Shown: positions 9,573 to 20,805 of the stretch, one piece after another
Layout: each line of letters begins with the position of its first letter
How positions within the stretch are numbered: the stretch's first letter is position 1
Source: an uncultured Gammaproteobacteria bacterium
GTDB lineage: Bacteria; Pseudomonadota; Gammaproteobacteria; CAWCPV01
NCBI GenBank assembly: GCA_963797555.1
Contig: CAWCPV010000004.1
Span: forward strand, 256,001 to 320,000
Reading direction: 5' to 3'
DNA: 64,000 nt
The notes under the pieces: generated by a model
The model's database searches: none
Seen by the model: only the letters and a program-made list of their open reading frames with translations
What the model was told of the DNA's origin: nothing
Made by a program: the position numbers and the translations under genes

Positions 9573-12144
9573 GCGCCAATGACTTGAGAGCGTACAGGGT
9601 CTCCAGTGCCTGACGCGGGCTCAGCTCGTCCGGCTGGACGGCATGCAGCGCCTCCAGCACCGGGTGCGGCGGCTCGCTTGGAAACAGCGCAATCTGGGTC
9701 GTCGGCAGCCGGGCGCCTCGCTCCAAATCGCGAAGGCGCCGCCGGGCGAGGTCGATGACGGGGTGGGGAACGCCCGCTAGCGCCGCCACCTGCAGCCCGT
9801 AGCTCTGGCTGGCGGGACCGTCTTTTACCGCATACAGGAAGACAATGCCGTCGTCGTGCTCGGCGGCGTCCAGATGCACGTTGGCCATGCTCGCGTGGCG
9901 CTCGGGCAAGCGGGTCAGCTCGAAGTAGTGGGTGGCAAACAGCGTGAAGCTGCCGAGTCGGCTGGCCAGATACTCGGCGCACGCCCACGCCAAGGAGAGC
10001 CCATCGAAGGTGCTGGTACCGCGGCCAATCTCGTCGACGAGCACCAGACTGAGCGGGGTCGCGTTATGCAGGATATTCGCCGTCTCGGCCATCTCCACCA
10101 TGAACGTCGAGCGTCCGCCGGCCAAGTCGTCGGCTGCCCCGATGCGTGTGAAGATGCGGTCGAGCGGACCGACGACCGCGCGCTGCGCGGGCACGAAGGA
10201 GCCGACGTGTGCCAACAGGCAGATGAGGGCCGTCTGCCGCATGTAGGTGGACTTTCCCCCCATGTTCGGCCCGGTGATGATGAGCACGCGGCGCCGCTCG
10301 TCGAGACGCACGTCATTCGGCACGAAGGGAGCGGGGGAGCTTTGCTCGACCACCAGATGGCGTCCGCCTTGGATGTGGATGCCGGGGGACTGGGAGAGCT
10401 CCGGGCGTGTCAGCTCCAAGGCCGCCGCGCGCTCCGCGAGGTTGGCCAGCGCGTCCAGCTCCGCCAGTGCGTCGGCTGCGGCCTGAAGCCTTGGCAAGTG
10501 GCCCTGGAGGTGGGCGAGTAGCTCGTCGTAGAGGGATTTCTCTCGAGCCAGGGCACGTTCGCGGCTACTCAGCACCTTATCCTCGAAGCCCCTGAGCTCC
10601 TCTGTCATATAGCGCTCGGCCCCTTTCAGGGTCTGCCGCCGGACGTAGTCCGTCGGTACCCTGTCGCTGTGGGAACGGCTCACCTCGATGTAGTAGCCGT
10701 GAACTCGGTTATAGCCCACCCGGAGGGTGGAGATGCCCGTCCGCTCGCGCTGCCTGTTCTCGAGCGCGACGAGGAACTCATCGGCGTGGGTGGCCAGCGT
10801 GCGTAGCTCGTCCAGCTCGGCGTCGTAGCCGGGCGCGATGACCCCGCCGTCGCGCAGTAACATTGGCGGGCGCTCCATCAAGGCACGCTGCAGCAGCGAG
10901 CTCAGCTCGGGGAACTCGCCGAGCTGTCCTGCCAGACCGGGCAGCCGGCCCGCCTCGAGGTCCGCCAATGCGGTCCGCAACGCGGGCAGCGAGGCCAGCG
11001 CAAAGCGCAGTTGCGACAGATCGCGGGGCCGAGCGCTGCCGAGCGCAACGCGGGCGAGGATGCGCTCCACATCCCCGATGCGTCGCACGACCTCGTGCAG
11101 AGCCTCGAAGCGGTTGTTTGCCATGAGTGCCTGCAGGGCGTCCTGGCGGTCGCGCAATATCGTCGGGTCGCGGAGGGGACGGTGCAGCCAGCGTCGGAGT
11201 AGCCGCGCGCCCATGGGGGTCGCAGTTCGGTCCAGCACTGCGGCCAGGGTGCTGTCCGTGGTGCCCCGCAAGTTGGTGACGATCTCCAGATTGCGCCGTG
11301 TCGCGGCGTCCAGGATCAGGCTGTGCTCGCGCTGCTCCAGGTGCAGCTTGCGGATGTGGGGCAGAGCGCTGCGCTGGGTGTGCGTGGCATACTGCAGCAG
11401 GCAGCCGGCCGCGCCCAGCGCAAGCGTCATCGCATCGCACCCGAAGCCGATCAGGTCGTGCGTTCGCATCTGCTCGGTCAGCAGGCGCCGCGCCGTGTCC
11501 AAGTCGTAGTGCCACGGCGGCTGGCGTCGCAGCCCGGGCCTGCCGTCGAGCCACGGCGCGGAGGCGAAGTCTTCGCTGATCAGGATCTCGGCGGGCTGCA
11601 GCCGCTCCAGCTCCGAGCACAAGGCCTCTTCCCCTTCGACTTCCAGCACGCACAAGCGACCGCCCGACAGGTCGAGGCTGGCGATGCCGTAACGTGCGTC
11701 GCGGCCGTGCAACGCCACGAGCAGATTGTCACGCCGCTCTTCCAGCAGTGCTTCATCGGTGACGGTGCCGGGCGTCACGATGCGCACCACGCGCCGCTCC
11801 ACCGGACCCCGGCTGCGGGCCGGGTCGCCCAGTTGCTCGCAAATTGCGATCGACTCCCCCAGGCGTACCAGCCGACCGAGGTAGCCGTCCACCGCATGCA
11901 CCGGGACGCCGGCCATGGGGACGGGCTGCCCGGCCGACTGCCCACGTGCGGTCAGTGCAATGTCCAGAAGGCGTGCCGCTTTCTGCGCGTCTTCGTAGAA
12001 CAGCTCATAGAAGTCGCCCATACGGTAGAAAAGAAGGATATCGGGGTAGTCGGCCTTGATCCCCAAGTACTGCCGCATGATGGGTGTATGGCTGTCGAGG
12101 GCGCTGGGGGGGTCCACGGGCGGGCCGCTGTTTGGGGGGGTCAT
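9544..12144 (-). CDS. mutS: DNA mismatch repair protein MutS
   Basis: [29 protein letters not shown] and DEIGRGTST. Confidence 0.98.
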   Translation of the reverse strand: MTPPNSGPPVDPPSALDSHTPIMRQYLGIKADYPDILLFYRMGDFYELFYEDAQKAARLLDIALTARGQSAGQPVPMAGVPVHAVDGYLGRLVRLGESIAICEQLGDPARSRGPVERRVVRIVTPGTVTDEALLEERRDNLLVALHGRDARYGIASLDLSGGRLCVLEVEGEEALCSELERLQPAEILISEDFASAPWLDGRPGLRRQPPWHYDLDTARRLLTEQMRTHDLIGFGCDAMTLALGAAGCLLQYATHTQRSALPHIRKLHLEQREHSLILDAATRRNLEIVTNLRGTTDSTLAAVLDRTATPMGARLLRRWLHRPLRDPTILRDRQDALQALMANNRFEALHEVVRRIGDVERILARVALGSARPRDLSQLRFALASLPALRTALADLEAGRLPGLAGQLGEFPELSSLLQRALMERPPMLLRDGGVIAPGYDAELDELRTLATHADEFLVALENRQRERTGISTLRVGYNRVHGYYIEVSRSHSDRVPTDYVRRQTLKGAERYMTEELRGFEDKVLSSRERALAREKSLYDELLAHLQGHLPRLQAAADALAELDALANLAERAAALELTRPELSQSPGIHIQGGRHLVVEQSSPAPFVPNDVRLDERRRVLIITGPNMGGKSTYMRQTALICLLAHVGSFVPAQRAVVGPLDRIFTRIGAADDLAGGRSTFMVEMAETANILHNATPLSLVLVDEIGRGTSTFDGLSLAWACAEYLASRLGSFTLFATHYFELTRLPERHASMANVHLDAAEHDDGIVFLYAVKDGPASQSYGLQVAALAGVPHPVIDLARRRLRDLERGARLPTTQIALFPSEPPHPVLEALHAVQPDELSPRQALETLYALKSLAREPRGTGKC

Positions 12145-12353
12145 ACCGTTTCATTCTAACGTCAAATCATCTGCATTGGAGTCGTACGGCTGGCCAGCGC
12201 GGAACCCGTGCTGGGCCGCTCCGGCCCCGACCTCGCCGAGATTAAGGCCAGGGGTCGCAGCCGAGCTTGCGCAGGCGAGGAGGGCCAAGGAACCATTGTT
12301 TGAGTGCCGGAGACAAATCCCTGCAGGGAAGTGGTTGACGCGCGGGACGGCGA

Positions 12354-12379
12354 TTGAATTCCCGTGACGCTGTCCCCAT
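12354..12379 (+). promoter_or_regulatory. sigma32 (RpoH) heat-shock promoter of htpX
   Basis: TTGAA (12354-12358), 15-nt spacer, CCCCAT (12374-12379); matches the RpoH consensus upstream of a known RpoH target. Confidence 0.75.
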
Positions 12380-12419
12380 CCCTGGACCGCATCCACTGGA
12401 GTGCAGAGGAAGGCTCGCA

Positions 12420-13301
12420 ATGATAAAGCGCATCGTGCTGTTCCTGATCACCAACGTGGCGGTGCTGGTCACTCTCAGCATCTCCATGCGCTTGCTCGGG
12501 ATCGACAGCATTCTCACCCAGTCCGGACTGAACCTGCGGGCACTGCTGGTGTTCGCCGCGGTGATCGGATTTTCGGGCTCGTTCATCTCCCTCGCCATGT
12601 CCAAATGGAGCGCCAAGTTTCTCACCGGCGCACAAGTCATCGACCGGCCTCGCAACAGCACCGAGGTCTGGCTGCTGGAGACCATCAAACGGCATGCGCA
12701 GAACGCCCGCATCGGCATGCCGGAGGTGGCCGTCTACGACTCGCCAGACATGAACGCCTTCGCGACCGGAATGTCGCGCGACTCCTCGCTGGTGGCCGTG
12801 AGTACCGGCTTGCTTCGCCAGATGCGGGCGGAGGAAGTCGAGGCGGTCCTCGGCCATGAGATCACACATGTGGCCAACGGTGACATGGTGACCCTGGCCT
12901 TGGTGCAGGGGGTGGTGAACACGTTCGTGGTGTTCCTGTCGCGCGTCGTTGGCTATGTCGTCGACCGGGCCGTATTCCGGACCGAGGAGGGGGTAGGACC
13001 CGGGTACTGGATAACCACCATCGTGACCGAGCTGCTGCTCGCGGTGCTCGCCAGCATGGTGGTCATGTGGGTGAGCCGCATGCGGGAGTTCCGCGCGGAC
13101 GCCGGTGGTGCCCGGCTGGCGGGCCGGGAAAAGATGATTGCTGCGCTGGAGCGGCTCAAGGCCGGTCTGGACCAGCCTCATCTCCCGGACCAGTTGGCCG
13201 CGTTCGGTATCTCCGGTCGTATCGGCCGCGGGCTGACCCGGCTGTTCATGTCGCACCCGCCACTTGAGGAGCGCATTGCCGCTTTGCGGGCTGCGGCCTG
13301 A
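12420..13301 (+). CDS. htpX: Membrane zinc protease HtpX
   Basis: MIKRIVLFL start, NAFATG, HEITH (HExxH), SRMREFRAD and SHPPLEERI. Confidence 0.96.
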   Translation: MIKRIVLFLITNVAVLVTLSISMRLLGIDSILTQSGLNLRALLVFAAVIGFSGSFISLAMSKWSAKFLTGAQVIDRPRNSTEVWLLETIKRHAQNARIGMPEVAVYDSPDMNAFATGMSRDSSLVAVSTGLLRQMRAEEVEAVLGHEITHVANGDMVTLALVQGVVNTFVVFLSRVVGYVVDRAVFRTEEGVGPGYWITTIVTELLLAVLASMVVMWVSRMREFRADAGGARLAGREKMIAALERLKAGLDQPHLPDQLAAFGISGRIGRGLTRLFMSHPPLEERIAALRAAA

Positions 13302-13448
13302 GCGTGGCTGGGCGGGAGTCCCTCCCGTTGTCAGTCTTGGGCCAACCTTAGGGCCGCCCGCAGTCTGGGGGCCCGGCCCGCGTGTTTTGTTGCCGCGGAG
13401 CGGGGCCGCTATGCGGACGCCGGTCCTAGTGGGTTGGTCGAATAGCCC

Positions 13449-14690
13449 ATGCCTCTGATCCGTCCTTTCCGTGGGCTCCGTCCTGCTTCGGCCCATGCCG
13501 CCGAGGTGGCGGCACCGCCGTACGACGTGGTGACCGCCGAGGAGGCCAGGCAGCAGGCCAGCGGGAAACCTTGGAGCTTTCTCCACATCTCGCGGCCGGA
13601 AATCGATTTGCCGACGGGCACCGACCCCTACGAGCCGGCGGTTTATGCCCGCGGCGCGGAGAACCTGCGGCGTATGCTCGAAGCAGGCGTGCTGAAGCGT
13701 GACGCGCAGCCCTGCTACTACGTCTATCGACTGACTGCCGGCTCCCACCACCAGACGGGGCTGGTGGCGGCGGCCTCGGTGGATGCTTACGAGTCGGGGC
13801 AGATTCGCCGGCACGAGCTTACCCGACCCGAAAAGGAGGACGACCGCGTCCGACACATTCGCGCCTTGAACGCCCAGACCGGCCCCGTGTTGCTCGCCTA
13901 CCGCCGTGATGCGGCCATCGACGATCTGCTGGCGGAAACGACTGCGGTCCCCGCAGAGTACGATTTCCAGGCCGGAGACGGCGTATGCCACAGGCTCTGG
14001 GTCGTTCGTGATGAGGTACGGCTCCGCCGCTTCACCGACCTCGTCCAGGCGCTGGGACGGCTGTACATCGCAGACGGCCACCACCGCTCGGCGGCGGCGG
14101 CCCGCGTTGCGGCCGAGCGGCGCCAGGCGAACCCTCACCATACCGGTGGGGAGAGCTACAATTTCTTGCTGACGGTCAGTTTCTCGCACGAGGAGATGCG
14201 CATTCTCCCCTACCACCGGCTGGTCAAGGACCTGAACGGCCTCTCCCCGCACGGCCTCCTGACCCGCGTGACTGGGGCGTTCTCCTTAACCCACAGCGAT
14301 CGGCCGGTGGACCCCCGGCAGCACGGCGTGTTCGGGATGTATTTGGCTGGCCGCTGGTATCGTCTTCAACTGCGGCCGGAGCTCATGCCCACGTCGGATG
14401 CGGTGGCGCGCTTGGACGTCAGCTTGCTCTCGCGGTATCTGTTGGCGCCGGTCCTGGGTATTCATGATCCCCGTCGCGACCCCCGCATGGATTTCTTGGG
14501 CGGGGTCCACGGCACCGAGGCGCTTGCCCGACGGGTCGATGGCGCAGAAATGGCAGTGGCGTTCACTGTTTGCGCCACGGCCATGGACCAGTTGATGGCT
14601 GTGGCAGATGCTGATCGGCTGATGCCTCCGAAGTCCACGTGGTTCGAGCCCAAGCTGGCGGACGGTCTGGTCTCCCAGGTTCTGGACTAA
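13449..14690 (+). CDS. DUF1015 family protein (ParB/Srx-like IADGHHR motif)
   Basis: PPYDVV, HELTRPEKE.DR, YIADGHHR and MPPKSTWFEPK. Confidence 0.92.
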   Translation: MPLIRPFRGLRPASAHAAEVAAPPYDVVTAEEARQQASGKPWSFLHISRPEIDLPTGTDPYEPAVYARGAENLRRMLEAGVLKRDAQPCYYVYRLTAGSHHQTGLVAAASVDAYESGQIRRHELTRPEKEDDRVRHIRALNAQTGPVLLAYRRDAAIDDLLAETTAVPAEYDFQAGDGVCHRLWVVRDEVRLRRFTDLVQALGRLYIADGHHRSAAAARVAAERRQANPHHTGGESYNFLLTVSFSHEEMRILPYHRLVKDLNGLSPHGLLTRVTGAFSLTHSDRPVDPRQHGVFGMYLAGRWYRLQLRPELMPTSDAVARLDVSLLSRYLLAPVLGIHDPRRDPRMDFLGGVHGTEALARRVDGAEMAVAFTVCATAMDQLMAVADADRLMPPKSTWFEPKLADGLVSQVLD

Positions 14691-14771
14691 CGCGGGCAGC
14701 GGCCTCGGCACCGTGGTCGCAGAGTCGGTGAAGCTGCTATCGGGACGCGCAGGCGATTGATTCGCAAGCTT

Positions 14772-16841
14772 TCAGGGGCTCGCGGAGAAGTCGAAGCCCA
14801 GGGTGGGGCCGGGCTCCTGGATGTAAAACCCCCTGGCGTAATCCACACCGAGCTGCCATAGCACGGCAAGGCTACCGGCCTCCTCGACGTTCTCGGCGAT
14901 GGTCAGCTTGCCCATGCTGTGGGCGGTCTCGATCAAGGACCGGACCGTGGCCTGTTTTTGGGTGTCCTGCGCGAGCTGGTGGACGAGCGCGCCGTTGATT
15001 TTGACGTAGTCGACGGGTAGGTGGCGGAGGATCCCGAACGAGTTCGTTCCCTGGCCGAAGTGGGCGAGGGCAAACTGCGCGTGCAGCGCTTTGGCATTGC
15101 GCGCGAACACCTTGGCCTGGCCGAGGTGAGTGGTGGCCGAGACCTCGCTGACTTCGAAGACGAAGCGATCTCCGGGCACCTTTTCGGATCTCAGCAGATC
15201 GACCAGCCAGCCGACAAGGCTCTCGTCTGCCAGCGTCTCATCCGACAGCTTGATCAGCAAACACAGGTGCTTACCCTTGGCTCGCTGGGCCACTACCGCG
15301 GACGCGGCGTGCGCTATGACCCAGCGGTCCAGTGCGGGGGTCAGATGAGCCTTGGCAGCGGCCGCCATGAACTGCTGGGGGAGAACGGGCTGGTCTTGGG
15401 CGTCCAGCATCCGCACCAGTACCTCGTACAGCTCCATCGGTTTGCCATGCAGGCTCACCACCGGCTGGAAGTACAGGCGGAACCGGTCCGCCTGCAGAGC
15501 CTCCTGAATCCGCTGGGGCCATTCCCGGTCCTGGACGTATTCCGTGATGCTCGGTTGGTCCACCTCTACCCGGTTTCCGCCCTGGTGCCTTGCTCGGCTG
15601 CAGGCGCTGTCGGCTGCCAGGAGGACCTCTTGGGCACTCGCTGCCCCTGCACCGATTAGGGAGAGCCCAATGCTGCAGGTGAGGATCACGGTCTGTTGAT
15701 CCACTTCAAAGACGTGCTCTTCGACACCCTGGCGCAGCCCCTCAGCGAGCGCCCGAACCTCGTCCATGCGGTCGTTCTCTAGGAGCACACAGAAGGTCTC
15801 GTGCCCGAAACGGGCGGCCACTGCGCGTTGCCCAGCGGCATCACGCAGCAGCGCGGCTGCGTCCGCGAGCACCAGGTCGCTCTCGGCGATGCCGAGGCGT
15901 TCGGTGACTGCCCGGAAGCCGTCCAGCGCGACGTATAGCACGGAGCCCCCGGTGCCGCGCCCCGAGGCATCCGCGAACGCACGCTCCACTGCCTTGATGA
16001 AATGCTGCCGGTTGTAGAGGCCGGTCAGGGGGTCCAGGCTGGTCAGTCTCGCCAATTCCGCTTCAGACGAGCCCGCCACGGAGAGATCCCGCAGCACCAG
16101 TTGAATGCAGGGTTCACCCTCGAAGGTGGCGCGGCTCAGCGCAAAGGCTGCCGTAAAAGGAGTGCCGTCGGCGTGCAAGGCATGCAGCTCAGCGCGGGCA
16201 TCGGGCTTGTCGTCGCGACTGAAACGTCGCAACAGATCCTTCAACTGGTTGTGGTCCTCCGTCGAGATCATGTCCAGGAGGGGGATGCCGGCCATCTCGC
16301 CGGCCGAGTCGAATCCGAACATCTCCAGGTAAACGGCGTTGGCATAGACGTGCATGCCGTCAAGGATATACGCGACGGCGTCGCGCGAGCTGTCGATGAG
16401 TGCCCGAGCGCGTTGCTCGCATTCGCCAAGCGCAGCCTCGTATTGTCGCCGCGCTCGTCGCTCAGCCGCTCCTTCGATCTCGCGGCGAACCGCATGGGCC
16501 AGGCGCTCGGCTGGCTGCACAGCAACGACGTCTCTGGCTCCGTATGCCAGTGCCTCTATGGCCGCCGGGTTGGCAGGGTCATCGCTCAGGACTAACAGCG
16601 GGATGCCTCTGCCGACATGACCCAGCACCGAGGCGATCTGAATCAGCTCCATGTTGGCCTTGGCGAGCACCAGCTCCCACGCAGAGCCCGTTTCCTGGAG
16701 CAAGGCTTCGAGCCCGGCCACGGTGTCCATGTGTTGGCAGCGCACATTCAGGCCGGCGCTCTCCAGCGCTTCAGTCAGGGGGTCCGCGTCGTCCGCCGCA
16801 TCGCTCAGTAACAGGAGATGTATTACGCGCTCCTTCGCCAT
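14772..16841 (-). CDS. FimX-like REC-PAS-GGDEF-EAL c-di-GMP receptor
   Basis: Receiver-like N-terminus, PAS, DPLTGLYNR, degenerate GGDEF (GHETF) and EVLVRM EAL; adjacent to a FimW-like gene. Confidence 0.85.
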   Translation of the reverse strand: MAKERVIHLLLLSDAADDADPLTEALESAGLNVRCQHMDTVAGLEALLQETGSAWELVLAKANMELIQIASVLGHVGRGIPLLVLSDDPANPAAIEALAYGARDVVAVQPAERLAHAVRREIEGAAERRARRQYEAALGECEQRARALIDSSRDAVAYILDGMHVYANAVYLEMFGFDSAGEMAGIPLLDMISTEDHNQLKDLLRRFSRDDKPDARAELHALHADGTPFTAAFALSRATFEGEPCIQLVLRDLSVAGSSEAELARLTSLDPLTGLYNRQHFIKAVERAFADASGRGTGGSVLYVALDGFRAVTERLGIAESDLVLADAAALLRDAAGQRAVAARFGHETFCVLLENDRMDEVRALAEGLRQGVEEHVFEVDQQTVILTCSIGLSLIGAGAASAQEVLLAADSACSRARHQGGNRVEVDQPSITEYVQDREWPQRIQEALQADRFRLYFQPVVSLHGKPMELYEVLVRMLDAQDQPVLPQQFMAAAAKAHLTPALDRWVIAHAASAVVAQRAKGKHLCLLIKLSDETLADESLVGWLVDLLRSEKVPGDRFVFEVSEVSATTHLGQAKVFARNAKALHAQFALAHFGQGTNSFGILRHLPVDYVKINGALVHQLAQDTQKQATVRSLIETAHSMGKLTIAENVEEAGSLAVLWQLGVDYARGFYIQEPGPTLGFDFSASP

Positions 16842-16968
16842 GCCAATCAGCGCCCCTGGAGGATGTACCGGAACGCCCGGACGATGCCGCGCGACCTCCC
16901 CGCCCGCCCGGCCCCCTCGGCACGTTGTAGGGTTCGGACCTGCGCCTCGAGGCTACGCCCGTTCGGGT

Positions 16969-18840
16969 TCAAAGCCTCTCCCACAGCGTGTCGAAATCGT
17001 TCTGCTCGGTGGCCTCCGGTAGCGTCGTGGTGCCGCGCTCCCGCTCTACTTCCGGGGTCCGCGGGCGCTCGACCGGAGCGGCCTGAAACTGGGCGTAGGC
17101 CGCGGTCTTCTCGACGAGCGCGCTCAGCTGCAAGGGCTTCGTGCTGTCGCCATTGCGCACCGTGACCTCGTTGCCGACTCGGTAAGACAGTGGGCCGGTG
17201 ATGAGTGTGAACGAATATCCGCTGAGCCCCCGTTCCGGAAGCATCAGCGCCCGCAAGTACTCCCGTTTGGTCTCCGGCCCGTGGACGGATTCGGTCCAGA
17301 CCGGCACGACCTGTGGGGCGAGCCATTGGACGCCGGTCTCCAAACGCTCGCCCTGGTCCTGCCGCATCCAGCGAACCACGCCCAGCCGGTGGCGCAAGCC
17401 TGCGTCTGCCTGCTGAGCGCTGACTGATACCAGCTCCCCGATGTTGATTCCGACGAGGTCCCGGGTGCTCCAACTCAGACGACACCCGCCGACGCTCTCG
17501 TCCTGAGTCTGGCACTCGTATGGTGCCGCGCCGCGTTGCGTACGCTTCGGGTCCGCCCACGACGCCGGATGCGAGGGATGCGCCAGTTCTTCGATCTCTG
17601 GTAGCTGCAAAGGCATGCCCAGTGTCGAGACCGGCTCCTCCACCAGAACCTCGGGTGCCGGGATTGGCCGGTCCTCCTCCTGTCCGCCGAGGAGGGCCTG
17701 GTGGATTGAGTTGAGTCCGCGCATGACCTTCACCGACATGGGCTTGCGGACGCGGGTGGAGCGCCTCTCCGGCTTGTTGTCCCAACTGGCGGCGAGATGG
17801 GCCAGGGTGGTCTCCGAGAGAAACTCGCCGGGCTTCAAGGCGGGAGCCGGCGCTGCGGCCACCGTGTGGCGCCCAGCCGCGCGGCCCTTCTCCTCCCGAA
17901 GGATTGGGACGAGTCGACTGCCGTCGATCAGCCTGCAAGCGTCTACCGGTTCCTCCTTGAAGCCGAAGGTGAGCGGCGCCCCGTCCTTGGCTAGGTTGAC
18001 CATGAAGGAACGCGGCGCTTCGGCGTCCTCGCGGTAAGGCCGCAGGGTCACCAGCGGCGACCAGAGCTCCAAGGCGACATAGACGTTCTCGGTCTCCGAC
18101 TGGGGTAGCCGATAAGGATCGGTCAACGCCAACATGAGGATCTGCCTGTAGGCGTCCCCCACCGTGGCGCGCCTCACGAGCTCATAGCTGTCGTCGCCCA
18201 CGCGTCTGTCGGCCAGGCCGTGCTGCTCCGCCTGGCGGTAGATCTGGTGTAACTCCAGCCACACGCCGGCAGGGCAAGGTGCATAGGCGTGACAGTTGAC
18301 CAGCAGAACTTGGCTCAGGTAGCGAATGCTGCGGTGCATGGCGAGCGCCAGACGGTTGAGGCTCGTATAGCGGGACGCGGCAAGCAAATCCCGCGTGACG
18401 CTCTTGTATCCCGCGGCCATCTCGCTACACATCGCCTCGGCGAGCTTGGCCACCTGCTTGTTCTTTTCGGGGAGGGGAAATCCCACTCCCACGTAGTGGG
18501 GCCGCAGCGACCGCATGACGTAGCGAACCGGTGAGCGCAGCTCCTCCAGCAGACCGAGGCGGGCTTTGGCCGGGATATGCATAGGGTTGGTGCTGAGCAG
18601 GGCCTGGTACAGCAATTTACCGGTTTGCCCGACATTGGTAAGCGGCAGATCGGCGATCCACTGCCTGATCTGTTTGGGACGGATGTCGAACGCGGGCGCT
18701 GCAGGCTTCGGTTGAGGCGGTACGGGGATCTGCGGCGAGACGGCGTCCGCCTCGGAACGATTGCCCAGCAGTCGCCGCGCGAGAGCCGCCAGAGACAGCC
18801 AGTTGCTGGGATCGGCTTTGCGCATGCTACGGGAAGCCAT
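16969..18840 (-). CDS. FimW-like c-di-GMP-binding protein with C-terminal PilZ-like region (start uncertain)
   Basis: WIADLPLTN, W.ELHQIY and DPYRL motifs; RRSTR...DESVGGC resembles the PilZ RxxxR/DxSxxG signature; synteny with fimX. Confidence 0.75.
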   Translation of the reverse strand: MASRSMRKADPSNWLSLAALARRLLGNRSEADAVSPQIPVPPQPKPAAPAFDIRPKQIRQWIADLPLTNVGQTGKLLYQALLSTNPMHIPAKARLGLLEELRSPVRYVMRSLRPHYVGVGFPLPEKNKQVAKLAEAMCSEMAAGYKSVTRDLLAASRYTSLNRLALAMHRSIRYLSQVLLVNCHAYAPCPAGVWLELHQIYRQAEQHGLADRRVGDDSYELVRRATVGDAYRQILMLALTDPYRLPQSETENVYVALELWSPLVTLRPYREDAEAPRSFMVNLAKDGAPLTFGFKEEPVDACRLIDGSRLVPILREEKGRAAGRHTVAAAPAPALKPGEFLSETTLAHLAASWDNKPERRSTRVRKPMSVKVMRGLNSIHQALLGGQEEDRPIPAPEVLVEEPVSTLGMPLQLPEIEELAHPSHPASWADPKRTQRGAAPYECQTQDESVGGCRLSWSTRDLVGINIGELVSVSAQQADAGLRHRLGVVRWMRQDQGERLETGVQWLAPQVVPVWTESVHGPETKREYLRALMLPERGLSGYSFTLITGPLSYRVGNEVTVRNGDSTKPLQLSALVEKTAAYAQFQAAPVERPRTPEVERERGTTTLPEATEQNDFDTLWERL

Positions 18841-19128
18841 GGCCAGGCGTCTGTCAGCCCGGAGCGACTGGGCAACCGCGGACCGGCTCCGCCCCAAGAG
18901 GCTTGCGGATGTGGAGATCCCCCGATTGGTCTTGTCTCTGACCGGCATGTCCTGCGGGCGCGACAGCCTGCCCACGCCCCGTGGCGCCAGCCTTGCGCCC
19001 GAATGGTATCGGCCAAATGTAGATGTATAGCACATGGCCTGCGGCGGCGAAAGGCGCGCCCGGCGCACAGCCGCCTGTCGTCCTGGTCGCGCTCGTCCCC
19101 CGCCGGCGCGAGTGCGAGGGCATGCGGA

Positions 19129-20193
19129 CTAGGGCGATGTCCACAGAGAATCTATCTCCACGGGCTCGGTGACCACTTCCAGCGGCTGCTTGGCGCTCGC
19201 GCCCCGGCGCTCGCGCACTAGCCTCGGCACGAGGAAGCCGGGCAGACGGCGATGCACTTCGGCCATGAGCCGTGCGGCCTCGGCCTCGTCGACATCGAAG
19301 TGCGCCGCTCCCTGCACGCGGTCCAGGAGGTGCAGATAGTAGGGCAAGACCCGCGCGTTGAAGAGCCTCTCCGAGAGGCTCACCAGAGTTTCGGCGCAGT
19401 CGTTGACACCACGCAGCAACACACTCTGATTCAGCAGGGTCACCCCGCGCGCGGCTGCACGCGCAAGCGCGGTTTCCACACGCTGGTCGATCTCGTTGGC
19501 GTGGTTGGCATGGAGGACCATCACGGGCTTCAGGCGCGTGCCTGCAAGCGCATCCAGGAGACCGTCCGCAACGCGGCTCGGTACGGCGACCGGCAGGCGC
19601 GTATGTATTCTCACCCGCTGGACATGCGCTATGCCCGCGAGCGCGCGCACCAGAGCCGCCAGCCGAGAGTCGCTCAGCATGAGCGGGTCGCCGCCGCTCA
19701 GGATAACCTCGGAGACGGACGGGCGCTCCGCGATATAGTCCAGGGCGGCGTGCCACCGCGCGCCTGCGGCGTTAGCGGAAGAGTAGGGGAAATGCTGCCG
19801 GAAGCAGTAACGGCAGTGGATCGGACACGCCCCCGTCGCGATCAGCAATACCCTGCCCTGGTACTTGTGGAGCAGCCCCGGGACCGGCATGGCGCTCAGA
19901 TCTCCCACCGGATCAGGGCTGAAGTCGGGCCTTGGGGACGGGTTCTGGTACCCGGGCCACACCTGCAGTAGCAGCGGGTCTTTCGGGTCCTCTTTGCGCA
20001 TACGGGCCACATAGCCACGGGGTACCCGCAAAGGAAAGAGGTGGAATGATGCCGGGGGTGGGGGCAAAAGATCCGGCGGCAGCTTCAGGAGACTCAGCAG
20101 CTCCGCAGGGTCCGTGACCGCGCTCGTGATCTCGGCTTGCCAGGCAGTGTCTGACAGCAGGCTGCCCTTGGGTTTATTATTGGGCGCTTGCAC
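19129..20193 (-). CDS. epmB: EF-P beta-lysylation protein, lysine 2,3-aminomutase (radical SAM)
   Basis: [26 protein letters not shown] and SGGDPL; divergent from efp. Confidence 0.95.
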   Translation of the reverse strand: MQAPNNKPKGSLLSDTAWQAEITSAVTDPAELLSLLKLPPDLLPPPPASFHLFPLRVPRGYVARMRKEDPKDPLLLQVWPGYQNPSPRPDFSPDPVGDLSAMPVPGLLHKYQGRVLLIATGACPIHCRYCFRQHFPYSSANAAGARWHAALDYIAERPSVSEVILSGGDPLMLSDSRLAALVRALAGIAHVQRVRIHTRLPVAVPSRVADGLLDALAGTRLKPVMVLHANHANEIDQRVETALARAAARGVTLLNQSVLLRGVNDCAETLVSLSERLFNARVLPYYLHLLDRVQGAAHFDVDEAEAARLMAEVHRRLPGFLVPRLVRERRGASAKQPLEVVTEPVEIDSLWTSP

Positions 20194-20213
20194 GGTCTCG
20201 AGCGAGGGAATCG

Positions 20214-20780
20214 ATGGCGACCTATAGCACCAATGAGTTCAAGAGCGGCCTCAAGGTGATCTTGGACGGCGATCCCTGTGCCATCTTGGAGAACGAATTC
20301 GTCAAGCCCGGGAAGGGGCAGGCGTTCAACCGCGTCAGGTTCCGTAACTTAAAGACCGGCAGGGTTCTGGAGCGCACTTTCAAGAGCGGCGACACCATCG
20401 AGGCGGCCGACGTCGTCGATAGCGGAATGCAATACCTGTACAACGACGGCCAATTCTGGCACTTCATGGTCCCCGACACGTTCGAGCAGTATGCGGCCGA
20501 TGCCAACGTCGTGCAAGACTCAGCCAAGTGGCTCAAAGAGCAGGATAGCTGCATCGTGACCCTTTGGAATGGTGTACCCCTCGCGGTCACGCCCGCCAAC
20601 TCGGTGGTCCTCAAGGTCGCGCAGACCGAGCCGGGGGTCCGCGGCGACACCGCCACGGGCGGCACGAAGCCAGCGACGCTGGAGACGGGTGCAGTGGTGC
20701 GGGTTCCGCTATTCGTTGAAGTGGGCGATCTGGTCAAGGTCGACACGCGCACGGGCGAGTACCTGTCCCGTGCCAAGTAG
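20214..20780 (+). CDS. efp: Elongation factor P
   Basis: KPGKGQAF loop, PGVRGDTA and VDTRTGEY. Confidence 0.98.
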   Translation: MATYSTNEFKSGLKVILDGDPCAILENEFVKPGKGQAFNRVRFRNLKTGRVLERTFKSGDTIEAADVVDSGMQYLYNDGQFWHFMVPDTFEQYAADANVVQDSAKWLKEQDSCIVTLWNGVPLAVTPANSVVLKVAQTEPGVRGDTATGGTKPATLETGAVVRVPLFVEVGDLVKVDTRTGEYLSRAK

Positions 20781-20805
20781 TCGAGAAGGGGTTGCGCCGC
20801 ATCCA

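Noticed and set aside
12162-14252. 696-aa minus-strand ORF and similar long antisense ORFs (22397-23590, 49028-50146, 52314-53525)
   Set aside because: These are shadow ORFs opposite well-supported genes, as expected at high GC.
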